From Eledone cirrhosa (Eukaryota): DNA of 64,000 nt. Numbering within the stretch: the stretch's first letter is position 1; every line of letters starts with the position of its first letter. Positions 38,527-53,331 of this stretch are shown here, one piece after another. The notes below the pieces were generated by a model, which was not told the DNA's origin, searched no databases, and was given only the letters and a program-made list of their open reading frames with translations. The stretch lies in the NCBI GenBank assembly GCA_964016885.1, contig OZ024758.1, forward strand, positions 16,802,001 through 16,866,000, given 5' to 3'. Made by a program: the position numbers and the translations under genes.

Positions 38527-40529
38527 ATATATATATATGTGTATGTATATATATATGTGTATGTATATATATATATGTGTGTGTGTATGTATGTATATAT
38601 ATATGTGTATGTATATATGTGTGTATGTATATATGTGTGTATGTATGTATGTATATATATATGTGTGTGTGTACATATATGTATATATATACGTATGTAT
38701 GTATACACATATATATATATGTATGTACATATATGTTTATCCATATATAGGTATGTATGTATACATATATGTGTATGTATATATATATATATGTACATAT
38801 ATATATATGTGTACATATATATATATATATGTACATATATATGTGTGTACATATATGTATATATATACATATGTGTACATATATATATATATATGTACAT
38901 ATATATATGTGTACATATATGTATATATATATGTATATATATAGGTGTGTGTGTATGTATATATGTTAGTCTATATACGCGCATTAATCTTTATATTTAT
39001 TTTTGATTTCTGCGCTTCATTATTTATATATATATATATATACACGTCTCTCTCTTACTCTGTACGTACCTGTGTGTGTGTGTGTACGAGAGTAAATTAA
39101 GAGTAGATATAGAGACATACATGGTGATCTTGTTGATTGATATATCGGGGTAAGCTGACATATATAGAACCACATTTATAGAGATAGAACAATATAATAT
39201 ATAAAGACATCAAAATTCTATTTCTTATTTCTTATTTTGTACGTTATTTTTTTGTTTGCATCTGTCAATAATGATAATTTAAGCAGAAAAAAAAAATGTT
39301 TCTAAAATTTTAAAGCAAATTTTTGTTTTGACGTTGAATTGATTAAATTTAGTTGGAAAATAAAACTGAAAAACTAAATATGTTATGGCAAGCCAGTGTT
39401 TTAAATTCAAATAACAGATTTGATTTTATAATAAATTTATCATTTTTCAACAAATGTGTTTGTGCAGTGATTAAAATAAAAGTAGTCCACGCATATCTCA
39501 TATGTGTGCAGGTGTGTGAGCGCATATATATATATATGTGTGTGAGCGCATATATGTGTGTGGTGTGTGGTGTGTGTGTATATATATTTAATATAGAAAT
39601 TACTTTTACATAATTAAAACTGTTTCATTCGTATGAAATCATATCATATATATATATATTTATATATACTTATTTATTTATATATATATATATACACAAA
39701 CACATACATACATACAAATATGTACATGTATATACGTGGATATATATATATATACAAGCAAACACACACATTCATACAAATGTGTGTGTATGTGTGTGTG
39801 TATATATGATGGCTGCCCCCTCGTCATCGAGTATGGCCATTGCACGATATAACATTATTAATAATTATCAATTAATGCTATATGCAATGCCTGTGCGTGA
39901 AGTTTATTTTTAAAAGATAGATCAACATCATCGGTATCTACTGAGCCGTAGATTTTATGTAGGAGTTATCCCAGATTTATCCAAGAGAGAGGGGGACAGA
40001 GAGATGGGGACAGAGATGGGGACAGAGATATGGGGACAGAGATGGGGACAGAGAAAGGGGGACAGAGAGAGAGGAGGAGGATAGAGAAATGGGATACAGA
40101 GAGAGAGAGAAAAACACACACACCTTCTGTATGTATATTGTCCACCAGCTCTTCTATTTTCACCTATTGTTTAACTCTTTAGCATTTAAACCGACCATAT
40201 CTGGCCCAAAACCGACCATATCTGGCCAAAAATCTCTCACGTATTTCTGTTCAAACTGGCTGTAACTGACCAATCATACTGATGTTAAGGTATTATTCTT
40301 AAAATAAATATCAAAATCTTATATATTCAATATTATGCGAGATAATTATGAGAAATAAAGCCTTTACCATGAAAATATAGTAGTAAATATAAAGTAATGT
40401 AAATGCTAAAGGGTTAACTTATTTATCTCCACACACTGTCCACTGACGGCCTCTTTCTTTCTACCATATTTTCCTAGGTCAATCTGTGACGTTCTTTATA
40501 TCTATATATCTATCTATATATATATATAT

Positions 40530-40705
40530 ATTACTATCCAAGGAAAACTTGAACCGTTAAGGTATTTTCGTTGGTTATGTCAATATTTATAAAGCACACT
40601 TCGTATTTTATCTGATGAAAGCGTACCAAAGTTTTGTACCCTTGAAATATATATAATAGAATAAATATGGTTTTATAAATATAGTTTCCATTTATTTAAT
40701 ATCAT
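40530..40705 (+). mobile_element. family B-related HHR fragment
   Basis: ATTTTAT-CTGATGA-AAGCGTAC...GTACCCTT-GAAATATATATA-ATAGAAT at 40605-40662. Confidence 0.75.
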
Positions 40706-40721
40706 TGTGTATATATATATA

Positions 40722-40761
<40 letters not shown>

Positions 40762-40831
40762 CAAAATTAAATTGAGGATGTCATGTCTGAGAAACATGCG
40801 CCATAACCTCTGTAGAATATGCTCAAAGATT

Positions 40832-40866
<35 letters not shown>

Positions 40867-41919
40867 AGTTATAAAAGCTCTGCTTTTATAAATGTTCACT
40901 CCAGAAGAATGAAGGATAAAATTGTGCATTGAGCTTAACTCATCTTTCCAATGAAAATAGTGAACACTATAACCTCATATATATCAGCATCATCATCATC
41001 GTTTAACGTCCATCTTCCACGTTAGAATGGGTTAGACGGTTTTGCCCCACTTGAGGCAAGATTGGTCAGGAGACCGTGTCTCGCTTGTACATAACTGTCT
41101 CTGGCAGGTTTTCTACAGCTGGATGCCCTTCCTAAAACCAACCACTTTTAGTGTGGACTGGGAGCCTTTTTTACCGTGTTTCCTACATGACCACTTTACA
41201 GTGTGGACTGGGTGCTTTTTGTTATGTCACCTACACGTGGATGGGGTGTATAAGGGCGTGGGATGGGGTGTATATTGGGTTAAGAGGTGCCTACTGACTG
41301 TAGGTTTAAGTTTGTATATGGTGATATCAACATGAAAATTAGTAGAAGGGATACTTCTAACAGAATATTTCTTTATATCAACAGCTAGTTCCAGACAAGA
41401 TGTTGAAATGACATGAGCTGAACCGTCGAGGTCACGGCTCTTTCATATATATATATATATATATATATATCATCGTCGATTACCGTCTATCTTCCACGCT
41501 AGCATGGTTTAGACGGGTTTGTCCCAATTAGAGGCAAATTGGGTCGGGTGACCTTGTCTCGCTCATATAGGAGAGGTCCTGGCTGGTTTTCCATGGCTGC
41601 ATGCCCTTCCTAACGCCAACCACATTGACATTGTGTGCTGGGTACTTTTTGCCGTGTCTTTTACACATCCACTTTACAGTGTGGGCTGGGTGTTTTGGGG
41701 CTGGTTTTCTATGGCTAGATGCCCTTCCTAATGCCAACCACATTTACTGTGTGCTGGGTACGTTTTGTCGTATATATATTGACTCCTATCGCTTTCTCTT
41801 GATCATTAACATCTCTTACAACTAATACAGGCCGACTATATATGCTCACTCCACTTTTCATTTCACTGCTCTGTATACACACATACACACCCTTATATTA
41901 ACATACTTTTGCTTACATG

Positions 41920-41929
<10 letters not shown>

Positions 41930-41950
<21 letters not shown>

Positions 41951-42145
41951 ACTTACATATACACACACATTTCTTCTTAGCTTCGTACGGACGTATAATA
42001 ACACACACACACACACATTTTTACTTACATATACACACACATTTCTTCTTAGCTTCGTACGGACGTATAACACACACACACACACATTTTTACTTACATA
42101 TACACACACATTTCTTCTTAGCTTCGTACGGACGTATAATAACAC
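41930..42145. repeat. ~62-bp tandem repeat x3
   Basis: Unit contains TTTCTTCTTAGCTTCGTACGGACGTATAA. Confidence 0.85.
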
Positions 42146-42299
42146 ACATGTGCAGAAGTATAGCTCTTTTTACAAAACTTTTTTTTTACCATTTCAGGTA
42201 GACGCGCTCCATCATCCACTTTTCTAAAAAATAAATCGTACACCAAACGCCAGCACCAACAGATTTGCAAGAGATGTCAACATGAATGGACCTGTTATT

Positions 42300-42537
42300 T
42301 TTATCTAAAGACATTTTTTTAAATTCCAACCCGACCGTCCCCTTAATCTATCTTTTTCCTCATTCTTTCTTCTGATGAATGACTAGCGTCCGAAACGTTA
42401 AGACCCTCTTCCTGCTATATCAAGCATTAACCTAATATATCCCTTCCATATACTGTACCGACTGTGTTGTTCTGTTTACCTTTTACATACATACATATAT
42501 ATATATATACCCGAGTACGGGTATAGATTTGAGATAC
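42300..42537 (+). mobile_element. family E HHR element
   Basis: TCTT-CTGATGA-ATGACTAGCGTCC-GAAACGTT-AAGA at 42368-42403. Confidence 0.7.
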
Positions 42538-42543
42538 ATACAT

Positions 42544-42584
<41 letters not shown>

Positions 42585-42588
<4 letters not shown>

Positions 42589-42748
42589 AAAAAGTATGAC
42601 CCCGACGGCAGAGCTCAGAAATAGCCGTCGAAACGACTTGAGCTCTGCCGTCGGGGTCATACTTTTTCCTATTTCCCACTCTACTACTCTAAGTATTGAG
42701 TACTCTGGTGCGTTATGGTCCATCTGGTTCCTTACCACAATTCCTTCG

Positions 42749-42781
<33 letters not shown>

Positions 42782-42971
42782 AACCAGTAAGACCCCGACA
42801 GCTGAGCTCAAGCCGTTTCGACGGCTAATTCTGGACTCCAGAATTAGCCGTCGAAACGGCTTGAGCTCAGCTGTCGGGGTCTTACTGGTTCCTATTACCC
42901 ACTCTACTACCCCAAGTATTGAGTACTCTGGTGCGTTATGGTCCACCTGGTTCCTTACCACATTTCCTTCG

Positions 42972-42973
<2 letters not shown>
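42585..42973 (+). mobile_element. two tandem family H fold-back elements separated by (TA)n
   Basis: 42585-42750 and 42779-42973; the second has a perfect ~115-bp palindrome; both carry the same ~80-nt tail. Confidence 0.8.
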
Positions 42974-43009
<36 letters not shown>

Positions 43010-43539
43010 ACATGAAAATTAGTAATAGTGATACTTCTAACTGAGATGAACATTATTTCTACTTTATATCACAAGACACAGCATATAAACTTTTTGTTTA
43101 ACCACTCGTGTAAATTCTTCTCATGTATGATTGATAGTCAACTTATGCAACTTATTGAAATTTCAAGTTTCCATCATATTTCATTGCCATTCATCATATC
43201 AGACATTTGAAGTTACATCACGCTTTATTGCTATGTAACTTTTTCCCCCTTTTCTAACTTGTAAATACTCATCTTATTTTATTTGCCATTGAAAGGCAAA
43301 AAAATGTGAAACCAGTTCTTAAATAGATAAAAGAATTAAATATTAAAAATTGTTTGGAAATTGTTTAAAAATGTTAAATGTATGTTCAGCCTTCAAACTC
43401 TGCATATTCCTACTGGTGTAGAAAAATATAATTTTAATACATCTATACATCTACCAATCTTCATGCATACACACACACACACACATATATCTATCTATAT
43501 ATAGCTATATCTATATACAGTATATATATCTATCTATTA

Positions 43540-43757
43540 ATTTATTAAAATAACAGATTAAAGTTTAAGCAAAGAATCGCTGCATTCACCCTTAACGGGA
43601 TCTTCTGAGTTTCAGAAGATCCCGTAAGGGTGAAAGCTTAAACGTTAATCTGTTATTTTAATAAATATTTGCTCTATGGTTTTATATATTTTTATATGTA
43701 TATTATTCTTATCGAGCCCTCTTCGGATTTTAGTCTTCACATTTATTATTATTACTA
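43540..43757 (+). mobile_element. family A fold-back copy
   Basis: Inversion centre GATCTTCTGAGTTTCAGAAGATC lies immediately 5' of the HHR core. Confidence 0.75.
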
Positions 43758-44386
43758 TATATATATATCTATATACATCTATTTGTCTACCAATCTACAT
43801 GCATATATATATATTATATATATATATACATAGAGCGAGAGAGAAAGAGAGCGAGAGAGAAAGAGAGAGAAAGAGAGCGAGAGAGAAAGAGAGAGAAAGA
43901 GAGCGAGAGAGAAAGAGAGAGAAAGAGAGCGAGAGAGAAAGAGAGAAAGAGAGCGAGAGAGAAAGAGAGAGCGGGAGAGAAAGAGAGCGAGAGAGAAAGA
44001 GCGGGAGAGAGCCAGAGCGAGAGCGAGAGCCAGAGAGAGAGCGAGAGCCAGAGAGAGCGCGAGAAAGAGAGCGAGAGAGAGAGCGAGAGAGAGAGCGCGC
44101 GAGAGAGAGAGAGAGAGAGCGAGAGCGAGAGAGCGAGAGAGAGAGCGCGCGAGAGAGAGAAAGAGAGAGAGAGTTAGTTCCACACCACGCTCGAGGACGT
44201 GCATTTCACCGAGCAGATTTTCAACCTGTATATGGCTGTTGTGGTCCTAGAGTTCGTTCGTGAACTATACTTAACTCGACCTCTGGACTCAGTGCTCGAC
44301 ATATGCAGATTATACTCCTGGTTTTTTACCACCAAATATATATATATAGCATAGACATGGCAATACAATGGGAGGAAACATAATAG

Positions 44387-44430
44387 TACCACTGATGATG
44401 TTGCAGAAGTGCGACGAAAGAACTTTGATA
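44387..44430 (+). ncRNA. hammerhead motif
   Basis: TACCA-CTGATGA-T-GTTGCA-GAAG-TGCGAC-GAAAGAACTT-TGATA between TA tracts. Confidence 0.6.
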
Positions 44431-44628
44431 TAAATATATATATATTTATATATATAGTCTATCTGTATTTTTAACCGCTGGTCAATAAATGATAAACATT
44501 GATTGCCCAATAAATTAACTATGGAGATATAAAAGTTACTGAAGCGAAAACCAACCCAAACCAAACAGTGAGTGTGTTCTGTTATTATTTCTGGCAATAT
44601 TATTACAACAATATGACCCTCCAAGTAT

Positions 44629-44712
<84 letters not shown>

Positions 44713-45397
44713 GTTGGCGTTAGGAAAGGCATCCATCTGTAGAAACCAACCCAAAATCTACCTCGGGTGAGCTAAACATGGTCGTCTGACCAAACTCTCT
44801 CCCTCCCATACTAGCCTGGAAGATGGATGAAAAACGATGATATATATATATATCATCATTTAACGTCCATCTTCGACGCTAGCATGAGTATCATTTTGAA
44901 TGATCCGCCAAACACCAGGGTTTATTTCCCTTGCTGGAAATAACGCGCGACAGCTAAAGATACGATACGCTGCAGTTTAGCGGCAACATTTAGCCTTTTT
45001 GCCCCGTCCCTGGTAGAGCGAAAACCTGTTGATGAATTGAATCCTCTGTTCGATCATGAATACCACGAGCTTGCCAATCACGTAAGTTTGATATTTGATT
45101 TCGGATTCATAGAAACACTTTAAACGTATAACGTTTAATTTGTCCAGGTGTATTTTTCCCAACCTGTTAGTTCTTTCGTTACTTTGGTATATTGTGTTAG
45201 ATTCTGCATACCACAATGTTCGATTTGTCAAGCTATTTAAACGTATGTTATTAATCTAAGGACCTACCTTATCGAGTGCTTTGCTAACTCATTATTTCAT
45301 ATAGTAGGCCGAATTTGCTTGCAAACCGCCAGAGATTTGATTTTACTAAGTATCCAATTATAGTACGAAATATATATATATATATACATATATATAA

Positions 45398-45790
45398 ATG
45401 TAATCTGAGTTTTTCAAATATTAATAATACTATTCAATTCATTTGCAATTATGCAAACAGCCTCCCTCCTAAAGCCATGTCAGGCTGATCAGTCACTGTA
45501 TATTTTAGAAAATATATATTTTCACTAGCTCTGACAGTTGGCAGGTGAACAGTGAACTACACTGATGAGGGGTAGTACTCAGAAGCAGTGTCGGCAGTTC
45601 TGTTTGCAATACCGCAATACCAGCACGGGGGCAAAATGAGGGGCTCATTCTACTGACATGGCTTTATGAGGGATGTTATTTGCATAATTGCAAATGAATT
45701 GAATAGTATTATTAATATTTGAAAAAAAATCAAATTCATTTATTTTATTCAGCGATAATTTTTTAAAAATTTATTTAATTTATTTTTTAT
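45398..45790 (+). mobile_element. inverted-arm element with degenerate HHR
   Basis: 45410-45485 vs 45652-45727 inverted; CTGATGA...GAAG...GTC at 45556-45600. Confidence 0.6.
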
Positions 45791-46099
45791 TTATATATAT
45801 ATATAAATATATATACATCAATATTCGATGACAGAAGACAATTTAATAGCCATACAAACATTTCAATACTAAATCTAATTCAATTAATGTTTATCTCATT
45901 TCAATTTAGTTAAGAGGAAAAATATTGACGACACAAATAGCTGTCATTGTACATATTTTCATTAAAGATCTATTCCTCCGAAGATACAACCTTTCTTTTA
46001 GGTTTCCTGAATCCCAGGTCATTGTATAATCATTTATAGTGCTTCTAAAGATATATATTATTAAATGATGCTTTCTAATACTCAATATATTCCCCTGTA

Positions 46100-46284
46100 G
46101 GGCGGTGAATTGGCAGTATCGGTAGAGGGTCGAACGCCATGCATTGCAGCAAAGAGTTACGGCCCTTTATGATCCGAGTTCAAATCCCGCCGAGGTTAAC
46201 TTTGCCTTTCATCCTTACGGGGACGAAAAAATAAAGTACCAGTAATACACTGGGATAATTGCTGACCTTGTGCCAAAAGTAGAA

Positions 46285-46290
<6 letters not shown>
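46100..46290 (+). mobile_element. SINE family 1
   Basis: Full copy; another lies at 47018-47198. Confidence 0.9.
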
Positions 46291-46320
<30 letters not shown>

Positions 46321-46533
46321 GATGCGAGAAAAACCACAGACCCTCCATCTCAACTCTAATTTTGAAAAGCAGAAGAACTGCGAAACCGCTAAAGGAACAA
46401 AATAAATATATATATTTTTTTAAATAAGAGTCCAGTTGCATTTTCGATTTCATCTTTTTTTCTTTATACTTTCACTCGTGTAGGACACCTCGAAAAAACC
46501 AACAATCATTTATATATATATATATATATATAT

Positions 46534-46565
<32 letters not shown>

Positions 46566-46570
<5 letters not shown>

Positions 46571-46950
46571 GAAGTTATATTTAAATTGTTGGGATACACC
46601 AAGCAAATATTTTTATAACTGATATAAAGCACTCACAAATTATTGGAGTAAAAATACGATATATTAACAAATGGAAACTATATTTATAAAGCCATATTTA
46701 TTTCATTATACATATTTCAAGGTCACCAAATCAAATTATGGTGCGCTTTCATCAGATAAAATATAATATAGATCAGTTTTATAAATAAATATTGATATAC
46801 CCTTAAAGAATGCGACCATTTCTGTTGGATCTATATTATATTTTATCTGATGAAAGCGCACCATAATTTGACTTGGTGTTCTTGAAATATGTATAAAGAA
46901 ATAAATATGGTTTTATAAATATAGTTCCCATTTGTTAATATATCGTATAT
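46566..46950 (-). mobile_element. family B fold-back element with two opposed HHRs
   Basis: Tail at the left; HHRs at 46700-46762 (minus) and 46840-46902 (plus); short arm ends ATATCGTA. Confidence 0.8.
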
Positions 46951-47399
46951 ATTTGTTAATATATCATATATATATTTCCCCTGTACTAAATTGAAATAAC
47001 ATAAGCATTAATTTGAGAATTGGCAGTATCGGTAGAGGGTTGGACGCCATGCTTTCTAGCGTAGTTACGTCCCTTTACAGTCTGAGTTCAAATCCCGCCG
47101 AGGTTAACTTTGCCTTTCATCCTTACGGGGTCGATGAAATAAAGTACCAGTAATGTACTGGATAATTGCTGGCCTTGTGCCTAAAGTAGAAACAATTAAT
47201 TTGAATAAGATGTATTGAAACGTTTGTAAAGTTATTAAATGGTTTAAAGATATCTACTCTGCCTTCTTGTATTGTTATATATGCTCTGTGTTATATGTCA
47301 TTAAATTCTTCGTTTCTTTAAATAACAACTCATCTAGATTTCTATTTCGATCTATGATGACAAACACATTCTGCTTGAAACTATTATTATATGGAAGTA

Positions 47400-48509
47400 T
47401 TATATATATATATACACACACACATATATATACACACATATATATATACATACATATATATACACAAACATATATATACATACATATATATACACAAACA
47501 TATATATACACAAATATATATATACATACATATATATACACAAATATATATATATACATACATATATACACATATATATATATATACATACATATATACA
47601 CACATATATATATATACATACATATATATACACAAATATATATATATACATACATATACACACATATATATACATACATATACACACATATATATACATA
47701 CATATATATACATACACATATATACACACACATATATACACACACATATACACACATATATACACACATATACATACACATACACATATATACATACACA
47801 TATATACATACACATAGTTATACACACACATATATACATACACATATATAGATACACAGTTATACACATATACATACACATATATATATACACACATATA
47901 TATATACACACATACATACATACACATATACATACACATATACATACACACATATATATATACACATATATATATATACACACATATATATATATATATA
48001 CGCATATATACACATATACGCATATATATACACACATATATACACACACATATATATATACACACACACATATATATATACACATATATATATATATACA
48101 CATATATATATATATACACATATATATATATACACATATATATATATACACATATATATATATACACATATATATACACACACATATATATACACACACA
48201 TATATATATATACACATATATATATATATACACATATATATACACATATATATATATATACACATATATATATATATACACATATATATATATATACACA
48301 TATATATATATATACACATATATATATATATACACATATATATATATATACACATATATATATATACACACATATATATATATATACACATATATATATA
48401 TATACACATATATATATATATACACATATATATATATATACACATATATATATATATACACACATATATATATACACACATATATATATATACACACACA
48501 TATATATAT

Positions 48510-48566
<57 letters not shown>

Positions 48567-48695
48567 CACACATATATATATACACATATATATATATACA
48601 CACACACATATATATATATACACACATATATATATATATACACACATATATATATATACACATATATATATATACACATATATATATATACACAC

Positions 48696-48756
<61 letters not shown>

Positions 48757-48966
48757 TATATACACATATATATATATATACACACATATATATATATATA
48801 TATATACACATATATATACACACATATATATACACACACACATATACACACATATACATATATACACATATATATATATACACACACAAATATATATATA
48901 TATATTTGTATTTATACAAATGTAATTATATTTATATATATATAGATAGATATAGATATAGATATA

Positions 48967-49028
<62 letters not shown>

Positions 49029-49428
49029 AAAAATCAAATTTTCAACACCACCTTTCGAAATTATTAAGATTAAGAGAGATTATTAAAATGCCATTTTGTA
49101 TTGTATAAAAATACAAGATTTGAATCTGTCAGAGCAACTAGTATGTCAATTAATGGAAGCGTTGTTAGGCAAGTTGGACATTTCCCCTACAGCAAGTAAG
49201 AGAATAATTAATGCAGCCCCTTCCTCAACATATACTGATCATCCATTGAGCTACCTATCCACCTCTACATTCACCATCTACCCTTTCAAACCATTCCTTC
49301 ATCCATCAGTTCCTGCGTCCGTTTGTTTGCTGAATAATACAAAAGCCAGGAAACTCAATTTACATAACAAAACGTCTTCATATTTTTTAATGACATTCAC
49401 TGATTTCGTTCCGCGGATGTATGTGTGG

Positions 49429-49513
<85 letters not shown>

Positions 49514-49636
49514 TGTGTGCGTGTATGTGTGTATGTGTGTGCGCATGTGTATACATACTTATACGTGTGTGTGTGTGTGTGTGTGTATACACACACACAT
49601 GTACACACACATACATACATCCGATGAAGTCAGTGT

Positions 49637-49702
<66 letters not shown>

Positions 49703-51260
49703 GAGAGAGAGAAAGAGAAAAAGAGAGAGAGAAAAAGAGAGAGAAAAAGAGAGAGAAAAAGAGAGAGAGAAAGAGAGAGAGAGAGAAAGATAGTAAGAGA
49801 GAGAGAGAGAAAGATAGTAAGATAGAGAGGGGGGGAATAGAGAGAAAGAGAGAGAGAAAAAGAGAGAAAGAGAGAGAGAAAAAGAGAGAAAAAGAGAATA
49901 AAGAGAGAAAAAGAGAATAAAGAGAGAAAAAGAGAATAAAGAGAGAAAAAGAGAATAAAGAGAGAAAAAGAGAATAAGGAGAGAAAAAGAGAATTAGGAG
50001 AGAAAAAGAGGGAAGAAAGGAGAGCGAGAGATATAGAGAGGGAGAAAGAGTGAAGGAGAGAGAGGGAGAAAGAGTGAAGGAGAGAGAGGGAGAAAGAGTG
50101 AAGGAGAGAGAGGGAGAAAGAGTGAAGGAGAGAGAGGGAGAAAGAGTGAAGGAGAGAGAGGGAGAAAGAGTGAAGGAGAGAGAAGGAGAAAGAGTGAAGG
50201 AGAGAGAAGGAGAAAGAGTGAAGGAGAGAGAAGGAGAAAGAGTGAAGGAGAGAAGGAGAGAGAAGGAGAAAGAGTGAAGGAGAGAGAAGGAGAAAGAGTG
50301 AAGGAGAGAGAAGGAGAAAGAGTGAAGGAGAGAGAAGGAGAAAGAGTGAAGGAAAGAGAGGGAGAAAGAGAGCAAGATATATACATATAGATAGATAAAT
50401 AAATGTGCTGAGTGTATCAGAATGAGCATGTATAGTTAGATGTGTGTGTGTGTGTATATATATACATATATATATATATGTGTATACATATGTATATGTG
50501 TGTATATATATATATATATAAGTATATATGTATATATATATGTATGTATATATGTATATATATATATGTATGTGTATATGTATATATATATATGTGTGTA
50601 TACATATATGTGTGTATACATATATATATATGTGTATACATATATATATGTGTATACATTTATATATATATATATATGTGTATAGACATATATATATGTA
50701 TGTGTGTACATATATATATATATGTGTATACATATATATATATATATGTGTATATATATATATATGTGTATACATATATGTGTGTATACATATATATATG
50801 TGTGTATACATATATATATGTGTGTATACATATATATGTGTGTATACATATATATATGTGTGTATACATATATATATGTGTGTATACATATATATATGTG
50901 TGTATACATATATATATGTGTGTATACATATATATATATATATGTGTGTATACATATATATGCGTGTATACATATATATATATGTGTGTATACAGAAATA
51001 TATATATATGTATACATATATATATATATGTATACATATATATATATATATGTATACATATATATATATATGTATACACATATATATGTATATATATATG
51101 TGTGTATACATATATATGTGTGTATACATATATATATGTGTATACATATATATATGTGTATACATATATATATGTGTATACATATATATATGTGTATACA
51201 TATATATGTTTATACATATATATGTGTATACATATATGTGTGTATACATATATATATATA
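47400..51260. repeat. long (TA/CA)n, (GT)n, (GA)n and 20-bp GA-rich arrays
   Basis: Direct inspection; only ~49030-49415 is unique sequence. Confidence 0.95.
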
Positions 51261-52231
51261 TACGATATTAACAAATGGAAACTATATTTATAAAACCATA
51301 TTTATTTCATACATATTTCAAGGACACCAAGTTAAATTATGGTGTGCTTTCATCAGATAAAATATAATATAAATGAGTTTTATAAATAAATATTGACATA
51401 CCCTTAAAGAATGCAACCATTATTGTTGGAAGCTCCTGGATAGTGGAGTTGTAGCTTTAATTATATTATTAGGTAAGTTAGTATTGGATATTTTTAAAAT
51501 AAGCCGTTGGGTTACGGAGAAAGAGAAGGAAAGAGAGAAAGAGCAGAACAACAGAGAGAGAAAGCTAGAGAGAGAGAGAGAAGGGACAGAGAAAGGAGAG
51601 AGTACGAATAACGCTAAGTCATATCTTGTTGAGTTATCTTAACAATTGAGATGAAAAGAATAAATAAAATTAGAAATGTTAATAATCATGAATGGAATAT
51701 ACATATATAATATGAGAAATTTAACCATTGTTTAAATATGATTAGATGTTTAGTTAATCAGTTAAATATTGAGATCAATAGATTAAAAATTGGCATCTAT
51801 ATATTAAGAAATCTATATATTATTATTAAGATCTATATATTATATAACACGTATACACACGCAAAAATTACATACATATAAATATATATACACACTTATA
51901 AAAATATATATACATATCTAACTACGTATATAATATATACATACAAAATATAAAATATAAAGGATTCTTTAATTTAAGATATAGGAGTTTTATAAAATCA
52001 GAGAAGGAAAATTACGTTATATAGTTATCTCAATGTTACAATTAAGATATTAAAGGAAATTTTGTTATACACACTATGTTATTAAACAAATTTTTTTTAT
52101 TTAAGTTTTATAAGATTACCTGTTATGTATTTATGGCTGTTATTATATGTCTATTTGTCTATTATATGTTATTATATGTCTATATGTCTATTATATGTTA
52201 TTATATGTCTATATGTCTATTATATGTCTAT

Positions 52232-52420
52232 TGGTGGATTGGCAGTATCGGTAGAGGGTCGGACGCCATGCTTTGATGCATAGAGTTACGGCCCTTCATG
52301 GTTTGAGTTCAAATCCTGCCGAGGTTAACTTTGCCTTTCATCCTTACGGGGTCGATAAAATAAAGTACCAGTAATGCACTGGGTAATTGCTGGCCTTGTG
52401 CCAAAAATAGAAACAATTAT
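52232..52420 (+). mobile_element. SINE family 1 inserted in the left PLE arm
   Basis: Absent from the right arm; flanked by repeated TTATATGTCTATT. Confidence 0.9.
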
Positions 52421-52931
52421 ATGTCTATTTGTCACGAATCTTGTGATAATCACTATACATAAGTGCAATCGAATTGTATGGATATACACGTACATGTACA
52501 TACACAATTCCCACATATACATACATATATGTACCCACACAAATAGGTAGATACGCATCACGTATATATATATACATACAGATAGACATACACGCATAAA
52601 ACATATGTACATGTATATCAATACACACACATACATATACACATATATAGAGAGAAGTATATATAAATACAGTACATAGTATAATTGAAGTACATAAAAT
52701 ACAAAAGAATTATATTACGATTTGGAAATATAATTATAAGCAATATAACTTTAAAAACCATATCATTTAAAAAAAATTATAGAATATTTCAAGTTATAAT
52801 TTATAGAATATTTCAAGTTATAATTCCACCAAAGATTTAGCGGAAAATATTAATAGAATTAATAATAGAAATTTAAAACCTAACCAAAATACCACTAATA
52901 ACACAAGCAATATCAATTTGATAAATCTAAC

Positions 52932-53331
52932 TGTCCGTTAAATAATAATTGCTTAGCTAAAAAAAATAGTATATAATTGTAATGTAAAAACTAATTTAAA
53001 TTCATTTAATTATGTGGGATCCACTTCCACAGAGTTTAAATCCCGCTTCAATAATCATAAAAATTCTTTTACAGATCCAAACAAAAAATCTTCAACTTCT
53101 CTATCTAGCCTATTATGGGACCTCAAACTAAAGAACGTTGAATATTCGTTGATTTGGAATATTATTTCAAAAGCTACTCCTGTTAACACCTCTTCAGAAA
53201 ATTGTGATCTTTGTATAGAGGAAATATTCTTTATATTAAAGACCAAAAATTCCCTGAACTTAAGGAACAATTTATTCAGTTGCTGTAGACATAGATTAAA
53301 CTCAACGTTTAAATATAAATTTAAAATGTAA
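52932..53331 (+). pseudogene. PLE GIY-YIG endonuclease domain (Naiad/Neptune-like), frameshifted
   Basis: CPLNNNCLAKK / IVYNCNV...YVGSTSTEFKSRFNNH...STSLS...W...W.II...CDLCIEE...LNLR...CCRH; removing one A from the A8 run at 52959-52966 joins the two frames; RT absent. Confidence 0.85.

Noticed and set aside
47267-51360. Long ORFs (up to 558 aa) of Y/I/H/T/C/V or E/R
   Set aside because: Translations of dinucleotide repeats, open in several frames on both strands; the same applies to 1725-2664, 31907-32506, 38167-39006 and 55007-57256.
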